Shown: in pieces, positions 1 to 12,914 of the stretch
How positions within the stretch are numbered: position 1 is the first letter of the stretch
How the letters are laid out: every line of letters starts with the position of its first letter
Source: Camelus ferus
Taxonomy: Eukaryota
DNA length: 64,000 nt
Assembly: GCF_009834535.1 (NCBI RefSeq)
Contig: NC_045697.1
Location: forward strand, 52,206,001 to 52,270,000
Reading direction: 5' to 3'
Notes under the pieces: generated by a model
Database searches by the model: none
What the model was told of the DNA's origin: nothing
Seen by the model: the letters and a program-made list of their open reading frames with translations, nothing else
Translations under genes and position numbers: made by a program

Positions 1-1612
1 TAACACAAATAGTGAACCTTAATTCTGCAATTCTAAAATCATCACTTAGGAAGTCTAGGGTCCCAGGAAAGGATGCAGGCTGTGACACAAGAATCTAACT
101 ATACTACAAATGCATGATGCAACTTCACTGAAAGGGTAGGGAGAAAAGATGTCAACTTTAGAAATAAACGAAGTCTGTAGGACTAAAGACAAAAGGAACT
201 GCACATAAGCACTGTGCTCCCGTTGATAAAGTTATTTCCCATGGGAATACAGGTTAACCATTCCGATACTGCTATACACATATCCTGGAAGTGAGCAGTT
301 AGGTAAGTGGGTGGAGGTCAGTGGGAGACACACTTCTCACTGCTGGAGCAGAAGTTTACAGATAAGTGATGGGAGGAGGCTGAAGTGGATTAGAGCTGGA
401 GATATCAGTAGGAACTCATGTTTAATTTAAGGTAGATATAGGTCAGATGGTTACACATGGAAATATCTATTGATGTGTGTAAATACAGGGGTTAGTATAC
501 ACACATACATTTGTTTGCTCTGTCAGCTGAGACAGTCCAAAAAAAACCCAATAACCCAGGAGCAATGAACACACCTAGCACCCAGATCTTGGTTTCTAAT
601 ATGATTCTTCAATTACAGGATCTAGGAATTCTTGGAGAAATGGCTATTCTAGGACTAGGGGAGGGAATATTCAGAATGAACCTAGAGAATCTTGTAGTGC
701 CGTGAAGAAAGGAACTGCTAAAAAAAAAAAAAAAAAAAAGGAAAAAGGAAAAAAACACAAAGATGGGGTAAGACAAAGGAACACAGGAGCCAATGTAAAC
801 ATGTCCCAGTGGTCAAATCTGGAATAAAACAGGTATAGTAGTATTGGATTATAACCCAAAGTATAAAATCAATGTACACAAATTAGCCTATATTAATATA
901 AATAAATGATTGCATAAATTAACAAATTAGAGAGGAGATAAAACTCTCCTGCAAAAGAATTTCAAATAAATTATATAGATATTCCTCCCTAAAGGGTGGA
1001 GAACATGACTCTGCACTACTGAAGTGTGGGCTTTGCATAGTGACTTCCTTCCAGAAAGTATAGTATGGGAAAGGGGAAGAAAAAGAAGCTTTACAGTGGA
1101 AAAGCCTGAAAAACCCTCTCCAGCCAGTTGATCAAAGTCAACATCAACAGTAATAAATCATGTCGGTAGTGTGAACCCTTGATGTAATGGAATGAAAATA
1201 AAACTTCACCTGTGGCGTATTCCTCCTAAAAATCCATAAACTTAGATTATTAATAAGAAAAGCATCAGACAAATTCTAATAGAGGGACATTCCACAAAAT
1301 ACCTGGACCAGTACTCCTCAAAAAGTCATCAAAAACAAGAAAAGTCTGAGAAACTATCACAACCAAGGGGAGCCTCAGGGGACAGGAACACCGAGTGTAA
1401 TGTGGTGCCCTTAATGGATCCTGGACCAGTAAAAGTATATTAGGCAAAACCTGAGGTTCATTGATTGTAACAAATGTATCATATTAATGTAAGATGTTAC
1501 TGGGGGAAACTGTGTGGGGATGAGGGAAAGGATATGGGAACTCTCTGTACTATCCGCTCAGTTTTTCTTTAAATCTAAACCTCTTCTGAAAAATTAAGCC
1601 TATTAATAAAAA
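1..1612 (+). mobile_element. Old LINE-1 3' UTR (L1MC3/L1MC4-like), cut by the window start
   Basis: Resembles the recalled L1MC 3' UTR (gatgcaggctgtgacacaagaatctaact...; aaaaggaactgcacataagcactgt...). Ends with the typical ggaactctctgtactatccgctcagtttttctttaaatctaaa...aataaaa terminus. Confidence 0.85.
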
Positions 1613-2335
1613 GTGCAGCTTATAGGTGAGGAAGCCCCAAAGGCTTTCAAGCATATAAAGAGATCATCAAACTCATTTATTATCAGAGAAATGCTAATTA
1701 AAACATCAGTGAGATATCACTTCACCTCTAGGAGGCTGAATACACTTGGAAAGTTGGATAATGCCAGTTTTGGAGATTTGGAGATAAAGGAACCCTCAGT
1801 ACACTGCTGGTTGGAGTGCAGCCTGCTGTATGAGTTCTAAGAGGCCCTTAGTCACTTACATATAGGTACAAACTCTTTCCCCACATTCTGCATCAGGAGA
1901 TAGATAGGTAGACAGATAAGACAGATAGATAGATTGATCTCATGTGGGTGCATAAAAGAACATGTAGGAGGATGTGTTTGCGGAAACAGAGTCAGACAAA
2001 CACTGGATGTCCAGCCCTAGCCTAGAAGAATAAACAGGTAGAACACAAGGGATAAACACCATGGAATATTACACAGATGTTAAAAACATCAGATGTGCAC
2101 ATAGCAACATGTCTGGATCTTAAAATCACAGTGCTGACAAAATTATACAAGAAATACAGTGATTTTTTTTTACACATTACCATCTACATAAATTAAAAAT
2201 GCATACATTCAAAACAAAATTTTATATTTACCAGAATGGGTACAATGAAGATATATAGAGGAAGCACATAGAATGGTTACTTACAGGAAGAGGGAAGTGA
2301 GGCATGAGGAATGGGGATAAATTAAACAAGAGCTG
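1613..2335 (+). mobile_element. Old LINE-1 (L1ME-like) ORF2 C-terminal and 3' UTR fragment
   Basis: ORF 1613-1840 reads KHIKRSSNSFIIREMLIKTSVRYHFT, similar to L1 ORF2p [26 protein letters not shown]. Degraded downstream. Confidence 0.8.
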
Positions 2336-3121
2336 GGCCTTACATGAACCAAAGATGATAACGTGCATTAACTGAAGAGTATGATTAACATCATTAACTA
2401 ACCTTCTGCACTTGAGATCCAACAGAAAGGAAAAACATTCCAACTGAGAGGTGGAAATGAGGTCTGCAATCTTGAAATGCTATGCTAGGACTTTATCACT
2501 CCCACACATGCGGCATCATTCAGGTCCACACTGTGGCTTTTTCCAAGACCTCTCCCACGGTCTGTGATTATAGCTGAGGAAGATGAGGAGGATAGTGTGT
2601 CGTATCCCAAGGAATTCCCCAGTGTAAGTCATCCAGGGCTCCACTGCCCATGTCCTCCTGGCACAGGCCCAACCTGCCATTAAGACATCACTCTCCAGGA
2701 CCAGCTGCGCCTGTAGTTTCCTGCCCAGGGACCAGTTAGCAAAGGATGAGGCCAGAACTCAACATCATCTGCATGCTGCTGAAGAGTAGCCTACACTGTC
2801 ATTCACTCTCATGATACCAACCAACTGTAAGAATTGTTGAGGAAGAAAAGGGATAAGTGCCCCCGCCCCCAGCATCAGGCTAATTTGGGTCCTGCTGTGG
2901 GAGCACAGCCCCCACAGAGTACAGAGTCAGGCTCGACACAGAAAACCCCGCACTGTACAAGACACTGAAGAACTATTTTCCAAGGAACAGAGTTAGTTCT
3001 AAATGGCTAGAATGGAGATTGGTTCAGAGAAATGTTACCTGATGCGTGATCCCACTGAGCTAAGCCCAGACTTAGATCACTTCAAGATCTCTAACTAGAG
3101 CCCATCAAAAATTTTTATCTT

Positions 3122-3194
3122 AATAGCTGAAAATTATTGTTTACTATGTGGCAGGCATTGTTCAAAACACTTTAACTGCACTATTTCATATTCA

Positions 3195-3241
<47 letters not shown>

Positions 3242-3412
3242 CTATGAGATAGCTTCAATAATGATACCAGTTTTATAAATCAGAAAACTGACGCATCAGG
3301 AGATGAAGTGACTGGCTGAAAGTTACCCATTAATAAACGGCGGTGGAGCTGGGGTTCAAGGCTGGGTAATGTGCCTCAGACCCCGTGCACTCAACTTGGG
3401 CATCACTGCCTC
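3122..3412 (-). mobile_element. MIR SINE, interrupted by a (CA)n microsatellite
   Basis: tttactatgtggcaggcattgt...ccagttttataaatcagaaaactga...gatgaagtgactggctgaaagttac...gagctggggttcaag is the reverse-strand MIR core. Confidence 0.8.
3198..3239. repeat. (CA)n microsatellite, about 20 units
   Basis: Directly visible. Confidence 0.97.
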
Positions 3413-3651
3413 TGCCCACTGGGCCTGGCAGTTAAGGAAGAGAAAACTCTCTAAAGCTACACCCAAAGTTGTGATAAAAGAGATTGTTTGTGGTTTGGTC
3501 AGAAAGGCATTTTCTACCTGTAAAATGTAGACCAGACAACCTCTACAGTTCCTTATTCACCCGCATTCTCTGACAAAAGTATCCTGTGTATGTGTTTGAT
3601 GCTGCTCTTTGCCAAGTATCTGAAGGTTTTTGGAAAGATTCATTACTCAGT

Positions 3652-3671
3652 TGACCCACTAGATGGTAGCA
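3652..3671 (+). promoter_or_regulatory. Candidate CTCF binding motif
   Basis: TGACCCACTAGATGGTAGCA. The core CCACTAGATGGTAG matches CCACYAGRKGGCRG with one mismatch. Confidence 0.5.
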
Positions 3672-3753
3672 GATTCCTGGTTACTGTATGATTGCCAGCA
3701 GACAATTCCACTTTCATAACATTCTGAATTCTAATATCAAAAACTTAATGGAA

Positions 3754-3941
3754 ATATACACAAGATCTTGTGGTAGCTCACGGTGAAAAAGAATGCAACA
3801 ATAAATGCAACAATAAATAAATGCAACAATAAATAAATATATATGTTCATGTATAACTGAAAAATTGTGTTCTACACTGGAAATTGACACAACGTTGTAA
3901 ACTGACTATAGCTCAATAAAATAACATTTTTTTAATGAAAA
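3754..3941 (+). mobile_element. Young 5'-truncated L1 3' tail with TSD
   Basis: L1 tail text (caagatcttgtggtagctcac...gttcatgtataactgaaaaattgtg...aactgactata...aataaa, A-rich end). TSD aaaaacttaatggaa 3739-3753 / aaaaagttaatggaa 3942-3956. Contains an internal triplication of atgcaacaataa. Confidence 0.9.
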
Positions 3942-3964
3942 AAAAAGTTAATGGAAGAACTTTT

Positions 3965-4345
3965 TCTTGGTCATCAAAAGACATGAGTTTTACCCTCAGC
4001 TCTGCCATTTATGACTTGTATGATCTTGAGCAAATGAGCCTTGTGGGGCTTCTGATTGCCCACCATAAAATCAAAGGGCACCTTCCAGATCTAAAACTGT
4101 GATTGAACATTGTTACTATAGCAAGGACAAGATCATTCTTAACAATACCCTGTATTTCTACCCAGAGCCATTTAAACGGTTTGCATTTGGCACAAAGAAA
4201 AATTCCATTTTCCATCCATGAGACCTTGGGCAATTAACAATATTTTTGTCTGCTCGTCTGTAAGAGGGAGAAAATAATAGTATGTCCAAGAGGTATGTAA
4301 TGAGTAAATACATGTGACAAGTAAGACAGTTAATAAATGGTAGCC
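3965..4345 (+). mobile_element. MIR fragments
   Basis: agacatgagttttaccctcagctctgccattt...tgatcttgagcaa and gaccttgggcaa...tcgtctgtaag...ataatagta...aataaatggtagc. Confidence 0.6.
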
Positions 4346-6159
4346 ATTTTAAAAATTATTTATGAGTTATTGTTTTTTAAATTATAATTTTGTTCCATGG
4401 CATTTGGACTCCCTCAGACCAATATTGCTACCACCCCTCTCTCCTGATATTTGAAGGTATAAGCCAGTGACTTTAAGCTGACTCTCATTTATGGGTTCCG
4501 AGTCTCCACAGATCAGCACATGGGTCCAGAAATACCTCACGAACTCCCCTTTACTCTAAGTTGCTACAGAAAGTTCTAGGCCTTGGATCTGGAAGTCCTG
4601 AAGAAGTCTAAGTGATTTGCCTTAATCGATCCTCACTAAAACTCCTTGAAAGAGCCCCCAGAGGGCCCTGTGTTCTAGATGTAGAGCCTGTGGTCTCTTG
4701 GATTCCCCCTTGAGGAATGAAGGCCTCCAGGTAAACCCGTTGGGCTTCCAGTCTTAGCAAAGCACTATGAAGCGTAGCAATTCTGAAAGACACCTAACCT
4801 AGATTGCAGAAGCCAGTGTATCCAGTGCTTCACTGAACTGGCTCTGACGACTATGTACCACAATCATCAGTTATATTACTTCTAAATAAAAATACTGTGT
4901 TACATATTGTGTGACAAGTTCTCTTAAGTATTTGTTTAAATCCTTGAAGACATAAAATATGAAAGAAGCCAAAGGCATCAAGTCCAGGAAACAAAATCCC
5001 TGGAAGCCATCATGCCTCTTTGACCTCATTAGCTATCATCACTTTGAAAATATTAGATGTTATGACCTAGCAGAATTAAACTTCAAAGAACAAAAGCTAG
5101 CTATAGTCGCTACCATGAGCTTTACCCACTCTACTTCTTTTTCCAAAGAAAACTGTACTGCAACAAGAGTCTGTTTTTCTTTCTTTTTTTTTTAAATAAT
5201 TCAGTAGTTGGCATATGATTTATTTAGCAGTCATATAGGTGTATGCTGATAACTCGTTCTGTGTAACTGGGTGAGTCCAGCCAAGATATCAGTGCTGACA
5301 AGGAGCAATGAGCCAGAGAACAGGGCCCAGCCCAGGGCAAATGCCACAGAGGACAGAGCCCAGCCACTCAGCATCAGAGCAGGTGATGAGAACGCTGGGT
5401 CTAGAAACACTGAGCACCCTTCAGATACTAGCGGGGAAGAGGACAGGAACACAGACTTAGGAGCACTCCAAGATGTGAGGCTGCTGGGGTGTTGAAGAAA
5501 CCAGAAAAAACTGTGCTCACCCCTTTAATGAGGCAGTATTAAGAATCTATCTGCTTACAGCACTGGTTCTGGATTCACCAGAGACACCCTAGGGCCTTCA
5601 AAAGGGCAAGCAAGATTAAATCGTTCTTAAATGTTTTTCTCACATTTAGAAAGAATACTAAATACAAAATAGAAGAAAAGAGGAAGAGGAAAAAAGGCTG
5701 GCCTCCAATTATATTTGTTTAGCTCAGGAAAAGCCCCGCAGATGCAGACACACTCACAGAGCCCCCCGAGGCCAGAGACTGAGCCTGGCTCACCTGTTTA
5801 TTACCTGCTGCTTGGCACCCCAGATGACCTCGTGAATGTTTGCCTTCATTACTGTGATCGTGGACAAGACAACTGAGTATATACCAAAAGCAAAAGCTTG
5901 TGACAGTGTCCTGGTGAGTGACCAGAGTGCAGAGTCACGAACACCCTGACCTTTAGCCCTCTCCTGACCTGTAAGCTGAATGCATCCACAAGCACAGAGA
6001 AGAATTCAACCACCCTAATCAAGAACCAAAGCCAGGATATAGGCTTCAAAAGGATATAAACTCCCTGCATGCCTATCACAGCTGGTGGCCCCTGGCACCA
6101 CCCTGAACACCATCCCCACTAATACTTCAGAATTGCTTCATAAACACGGTACAACAGGC

Positions 6160-6295
6160 TGGAAGTCAGAAGACCTGTACCTTATACCCCACCTGGCCTT
6201 GGCATCTACCAGTTATGTAACCTGGAGCAAACCATTTAATTGTGTTCTTTTTTTCCCATAGCTTAAACTAACGGTCTTATTTCAGCAATAATAGT
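6160..6295 (+). mobile_element. MIR fragment
   Basis: ggaagtcagaagacctg...accagttatgtaacctggagcaaaccatttaat. Confidence 0.5.
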
Positions 6296-7099
6296 CCATC
6301 TCAGCAATAATATTCTGATTCTAAGCTGATCATGAAGAAGAGAAAATTGGATTCAATAGGGCCAGCCAACGTTGCCGATCTTTATAAATTCCCACACAGT
6401 CTTTTACTTTCCCTAATCCACATACTTTTCAGTGTGTGAACAACTAAACTGCTTACAGGAGATTTACTGGTGACATAAACACAGGAGGATTCCAGCAAAT
6501 TACATGTAATCATCTTTCTGTGTGCTTTAGAGCAGCGTGAACTCTCACCGTTTCAATATTCTCCTGAATCGGTTAACTAGTAGCCTAAAATTTTTTTAAT
6601 AGCTTAAGGTGAAGCTATAGAAATAGAAGGATCCTCATACTTTATCCAAGAAATCTTACATATAATGGTCTTTAAGTTTACTACACATGTCACATGAAAA
6701 CGATGACAAAATTAGCAAATGTGACAACCGAAACTATCAATGACTGGAAAAATCGGGCAATGAGGGTGGAATTCTCTGATGCTCAGCTGGCACCCCTATA
6801 ACACTAAGGCATATGGTAAGTGGTGTCCCTGAGTTGAAAAGGACTCCAATCCTTTAATTTGTGGCCTTCAAGGAGGCCCATGGTGGGGCGGGGCAGGGAG
6901 CAGGGTACAGAGGATAATGAGTTTGGGAGCTGAGGCAGCCCTGAGTGGAGCTATGAAGAAGCTGTTTGACTTTGATCTTCATAGAACTCCCTCATTATCA
7001 TCACCATTGCAACAGGGAACTAGCGTCCAATCGCAAAGGTTCATCAGTTCAAAGTGCATTACCCTCCAATCTAATAAAAACGTTCTGTTTGGTTCCAGT

Positions 7100-9462
7100 T
7101 TGGAGTAAGAATAAACACATTCTATCCTGTCTCTTGCACTGAATTTAGCTAAAAACCTAGACAGATTGTGCGGGGCAGCTATCTGACATCTCGGAGCAGG
7201 TGTATTAGGAGAAAGGACAAGACTGGAGCTTCAATGAAACAGCAGCACATTTACCTTTCTCTACCACGGTATCCCCTGGCCTGAACTCCAAGCAGCCTGA
7301 AATCCGCAAGTAAGCCTCAGTGAAGACAAAATAGTTCCAGGAAAAACTCTTCAGTTTAGGGCTGAGGAGTGGGTCAGGGGTTGCCTAAAACTATGAAAGA
7401 AGGGGAACTTCCTCCCCACTTGGAAGATCTATGGTCCTAAGTCCTAAGAGAGTGGGTTGAGCCCTCACTGTTTTTCTCTCTCTGTCTTTCGACCGCCAAC
7501 CCACAAACACTAGTGGAGTCATGAAAATTGCCTGGCAGAGATATCACTTATATGTGGAATCTTAAAATTAAAAAAAGATACAAATGAACTTATTTACAAA
7601 CTGGAAATAGACTCACAGACATAGATAACAAACTATTGTTACCAAAGGGGAAAGAGGTTGAGGGGATAAATTAAGAGTTTGGGATTAACACATTTACACT
7701 ACTAAATATAAAACAGATTGACAATAAGGACCTACTGTATAGTACAGAGAACTATATTCAATGTTTCAACCTACAATGGAAAATAATCTGAAAAAGGATA
7801 TATATGTATATGTATAACTGAGTCACTGAAACTAACACAACATTGTAAATCAACTATAGTTCAATAAAAATAAATTTTGAAAAAATAAAAGAAAATTGCC
7901 TGCCAGAGTAAATCAAATTCCAGCTTTCTGGCAGCAGGACTGAAAAGCGGTGTCTCGGGGAACTGGGAAGTGATAGGGAAATCACAGAGAGGAAGGAGCA
8001 CAGGAAAGCAATCCTATGAACTTGGCTGTGACTCCTGGTCTCACCCCCAAGCTGTACATGCATGGATCTGACCCTAGTCAGCACAGGAAAGACTCTGAGA
8101 ACTAAGCTGAGAATTAGAACATTGTTCAGGTCTCAGACTTGCCAGTGAATAATACACACACAGGTCAGATGCAAACAGGACTGCAAAGAGTTTGAAAATA
8201 GGAACGAAATAGGGAATGTCACGACAGACTGTGCAGACACTGAAAGGAAAACTAGGGGATACTATGCAGAGGTCTACGTACATAAATTTGTCAACACAGA
8301 TGAAATAGACTGCTCAGAAGCCACAAACTAAATGTATCCAAGGTGAAACAGGAAACTGGAATAGTATCATAAGCACTAAGGAAATTAAATTAATGGATAT
8401 AAACATTCCAAACAAGAAATCCCTAGGCTCAGGTTGTTTCACTGGTGAACTTTACCAAAACATTGAAAGAATAACACAAATTCTACACAATCTCTTCCAA
8501 AAATGAGAAGATCAAGGAACACTTTCTGTTTTTGAGGTCAGCATTCCTCCCGTACCAAAACCAGACAAAGACAACGCAACAAAAGAAAACTACAAATCAA
8601 TAATCCTCATGAACACAGGTGCAAAAATCCTCAATAAAACAGTAGCAAATTGAATGCAGCAATCTATATAAAGAATAATATACCACAACCAAGTGGAATT
8701 TATCCAAAGAGTACAAGGCTGATTTCAATATTCGAAATTCAACCAATGTAATCCACCATATTAACAGTCTATAGAAAAAGAGACTCACAAAATTAAATCA
8801 ATTGATGAAAAAAAAAGCATTTGACAAAATTCAATACATATTCATGATTTTAAAAAAAACCTCTCAGCAAATTAGGATGAGAAGGCAACTTCCTCCGTGT
8901 AATACAACTAACATTATTTTTAACTGTAAATGATTGAATATTTTCCCTAGAATGGGGACAAGACAAATACATGACTCTCACCACTCCTATTCATTATCAT
9001 ACTGGAAGTCCTAGCCAATGCATCAAAATAAGAAAAAGAAATAGAATGTAAGCAGATTGGAAAGGAAGAGATAAAACTTCTTATATTTATAGATGATATG
9101 ATTATCCATATAGAAAATCTCTAGTAATGTATCAAAAGGAAAAAAACAAAGTACCTAGTACTAATAACTGACTTTATCAAAACTGCAGTATACGGAGTCA
9201 ACAGACAAATACTAATCATATTTCTATATACTAGAAATGAACAATTAGAAAGCAATTTTTAAAAATATGATTTATAATAAATAAAACAGTGAAACACTAG
9301 GTATAAGTCTAACAAAAGGGATACAGCTCTATATGCTGAAACTACAAATGCCTATTAAAGAAAGCAAAGAAGACCTTAAAAAGAAAAATGGAGAGACATA
9401 CCATGTTCATTAATTGGAAGACTCGATGTAGTAAAGATGTCAGTTCTCCCAAATGGATTTAC
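7100..9462 (+). mobile_element. Old LINE-1 (L1M) with a 5' UTR-like part joined directly to the ORF2 RT region
   Basis: About 8200-9460 gives RT remnants: LMNTGAKILNKTVAN*MQQ near 8607 (vs LMNIDAKILNKILANRIQQ) and FIDDMI at 9086-9103 (vs FADDMI). 7100-8198 resembles an L1M 5' region. Many stops and frameshifts. Confidence 0.85.
7541..7890 (+). mobile_element. Artiodactyl-type L1 3' tail nested in the older L1, with 18-bp TSD
   Basis: atatcacttatatgtggaatc...gatacaaatgaacttatttacaaa...gacctactgtatagtacagagaacta...aataaa. TSD gaaaattgcctggcagag 7523-7540 / gaaaattgcctgccagag 7891-7908. Confidence 0.92.
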
Positions 9463-9564
9463 TCAGGCTTATCTACACCTCTCATATCATTAAAGAAGCA
9501 GAAAGGGTACAATGAGAAAGATGAGACATCCAAAATATGAATATTACAATCTCGCAAATAGCAG

Positions 9565-10049
9565 ATATACTTACATTGCTGCTCTAACAAATTAGCACAA
9601 ACTTAGTGGCTTAAGATGACACAATGGGTAATCTCACCATCGTGGAGGTCAGAAGCTGCTATCAAGGTGTTGGCAGCACTGCTTCCTTTCTGGAAGCTCT
9701 GGAGGAGAATTCTTTTCCTTGCCCTTTCCAGCCTTTAGGGGTCACCCACATTCCTTGACTCATGGTCCTCTTCCTACATCTTCAAGGCCAGCCACATGGT
9801 ATCTCCCTGTGCCTTCCGTCTGTAATTGCATTTCCCTTTAACTCTTCTTCTGCTTCCTTCTTCCATTTTTAAGGATGTTTGTGATCTTATTGGGACCACC
9901 CAGATAAGTTAGGATAATCTATTTTAAATCCAGCTGATTAGCAATCTTAATTCCACTTTGCTATGTAACTCAACATATTCACAGGTTCTGGGGATTAGAA
10001 TACGGACATCTTTGGGCTGGGAGTGGGCAATATTGTACCTAGCATAACA
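9565..10049 (-). mobile_element. MaLR solo LTR (MLT1C/D-like)
   Basis: Reverse complement reads tgttatg...aaagatgtccgtattctaatccccagaacctgtgaatatgttg...gaattaagattgctaatcagctg and ends aagccactaagtttgtgctaatttgttagagcagcaat. Confidence 0.85.
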
Positions 10050-11309
10050 GGCTTTACTAACTGATGAATTTTAAGGATCTGATGTGGAATTTTAAAGGAT
10101 ATTGAGATGTTTAAGACAAAGCTGAAGCTAAGGAAAGGTTTCACACACAGGACAAAGAAAACTTATTTATATATAGCTGGAAGTTGAAATGTTTTTATTT
10201 TGTTCTTGTAAGTTCTCTATATCTCATTAATACTACCCAGAAGTTCAATAACTGTTTTAGGTCAATAACTTCCTAAGCATGAAGTTGAATTGAAAGTCCA
10301 TTTGGTGTTCTGTATGATTAGGAAACCAAACGAGTGCCATAATATAATGTAAAATATAAGCCTAAACTGAATTTGGAAGTGCATCTTAACATGATAAATG
10401 TAATCAGAGAACACAAAAAGGCATTATTCATTGATGTACCTGGAATAAAATGAACATAATTTCATTAGTGGAGAAAAACTCTGGAAAGAAAATAGAATAA
10501 TGAATAGAAAAATATCATAATAGCCAAAATTATTCTTACATAATTTGTGTTCTTCAAGAACAATCATTTCATTAATCATATAACTATGACCTTAAAGGGT
10601 GAGTGGAGGAAATATTTATATGGACAATATCTTTGGGTTGAAATTTAAAACATCTCTGTCTGGAAATAGCTCATGAAAAATGTAATCTAGGATTCTATTA
10701 GGTAGAGGATGTCTATGCTGCTTTTAGTAAGCCATATTGACGAGTCACTTTTGCTCCATGTTAGTACATGTATTCCTGGTGAACAGATGCACCAGTGATT
10801 CTCAACCTTTCTTCCACAGTGGACATTCATGACAGATAATGACATTCATTAATGCAATGGACGTAAATGAGATTCCAGCTCAATTCTGTGTATAGTATTT
10901 CTGATGCCACCTCTTTTTCTCCCACTCCAGGTAATACAGTTGACAGTTTAAGAATTAAATTCATGTTATTATAGGTATCACATAGAAGCCCACTTACTTC
11001 CTGGACTCTCCCTTCTTTCAATACCTAAATAATTACCAACTGGGTCTCCATTATGTGTGGCTACACAAAATCCAGGCCCCTTCACTAGTGCTGAGAATTC
11101 ACAAGGGGAGCTTACATCCTGCTGGCTGTGGCTATGCCAGTCTTCCCCATCATTTTTCTCCACCCCAGCCATCTCCCCATGCTAATGAAGTTGTCTCTGC
11201 TTCACCTCATTCAAAACTAGACACCACTTTCCTTTCTCCGAAACACAGCTGACTCAAGGCTTTATTCTTCAAAAGACTTCACTGAAGGAATTCTGCTATG
11301 ATATAAACT

Positions 11310-11418
11310 ATCCCCAGTCAGGAATCTTTGTCTGTTTTGTCACTCTTGTACCTTAAACACCTGGAATAGTGCCTGGCACATAGTATGTACTCAGTTAAGG
11401 TCTGTTGACTAAGTGAAA
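11310..11418 (+). mobile_element. L2 3' end
   Basis: tctttgtctgttttgtcactcttgtacc...acctggaatagtgcctggcacatagta...tgttgactaagtgaa. Confidence 0.75.
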
Positions 11419-12409
11419 AGTTTATGAAAACAGTTAATTACAGTGCAAAATAGGAGGAAATCCTATTCCTAAAATCCATCAGTCATTCGTCAGCTCTCAA
11501 CCAACTTCCTAGGACCCATTCACTCTTCCCACTGCAAAAACTCCACCTTTGTTCTAGCTCCTCAGGAGAAATCAAAGCAGTTAACCATATAATAATCTCT
11601 TAGAAATGCTGTAGTGATCACAGAAAACACAGTCATTTACATTGCTTTGTGGAGCAGGTGGATTTCTTTCATTCCAAATCCAGCAGCCCAGAATAGGGTT
11701 TTATTTTACCTTTGCCTAATCAAAGGTTTGTGCAAGTATTTACTCCAAAAACCAAAACTCCTTCTATCTCAAACATGATAGGGAATTCATCTTTAGCAAC
11801 ACAAAGTGCCAGTGAAAGCTCTGAAGTCCCACTCAAAGGATCCAGATCACTCCCCACCTCTTCCATCACCCTCCTGCCCTGCATATACAGAGCAGTCTGG
11901 AAAGTGGAATGTACTTCCCAACCCACCATAATGAAAAGGTAAGAAGAAGAAAATGGAATCACAGAGGTCATGCCTTCCCCGTGCCCAACATACACATAAA
12001 AGATGACTTAGACTATCCTTTAATTCCTTTTTTTTTCCCAAGTAAATCACATGCAGACTGCCCTGTAATGATTGTTATTAGTAGCATATTGCTAGTGATC
12101 TTTCCTCACAGCCAGTGGTCCAAACCAGTGTGTTGTGACACTTCAGCTGAGAGCACACAGCAATAAACCATAACCAAAGGTCTTCGCTCTCCTAGCTTTG
12201 TTTCCAAACTTACACATAGTGTGAAAGGAGTATTTTCCAAAAGTGTAATTTACAGACTTGGAATATAACCCACATACATGTGCATAATCAAAGCAATAAC
12301 AACTCCATATTTTAAATGAGGAAAGATCACACAGCACAGCATGGCAGTCAAGAGCACAGGAAGTGCTTCGCACCACCTAAAATGCCGAAAGGTTTCATGA
12401 CGGTACAAG

Positions 12410-12570
12410 GTAGTAGTTTCGTGTACTGATTTTGGAATCAAAAGGACTTGGGTTTGAATCCAAGCTTTACCTTCTATTATTGTGATCTTGAGCAAGTGAT
12501 ATGACCTCTCTGAGTCAGCTTTCTCACCTATAAATAGTCATGTTGGTACAGGTCTGCGAGGGTTATTGTC
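12410..12570 (+). mobile_element. MIR fragment
   Basis: ttttggaatcaaaaggacttgggtttgaatcc...tgtgatcttgagcaagtgatatgacctctctgag. Confidence 0.75.
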
Positions 12571-12773
12571 TGGTGACGGATATACAGTGGTAATTCTAGA
12601 AAATCAAAATCCCAACTCACCTGAGCCTGCAGTACCGTCTTCCAGCCTCTTTTGCTCTGGTCAGTCTGCTTTCCCACGCTCCACAGCTACTATTTCATAC
12701 CTTCCCATTCTCCTCAATCCTGTGTCTGCATCCCACCGCCAATGCCACTAAGAAAAAAAGGAGCCATCCTAAG

Positions 12774-12905
12774 TAAGATGACTATATAATTTCTCATCCA
12801 GGCTGAGACAATTTTGAGAATAAGGGGGATACTCCCATAATTACACCAGGACCGCAGGTATCAACCAAGATTTTCCCAGACAAACCAGGACATATAGTTA
12901 CTTTA
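12774..12905 (-). mobile_element. hAT-Blackjack MITE (MER94-like)
   Basis: 132 bp with degenerate terminal inverted repeats taagatgactatat / atatagttacttta (recalled consensus TAGGGTGACTATAT). Internal ccagacaaaccaggacatat. Confidence 0.7.
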
Positions 12906-12914
12906 ATAATAAAG

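Noticed and set aside
5314..5365. Imperfect 19-bp direct repeat (cagagaacagggcccagcc / cagaggacagagcccagcc) and overlapping ORFs
   Set aside because: Consistent with a small old tandem duplication; the ORFs are short and unrecognisable.
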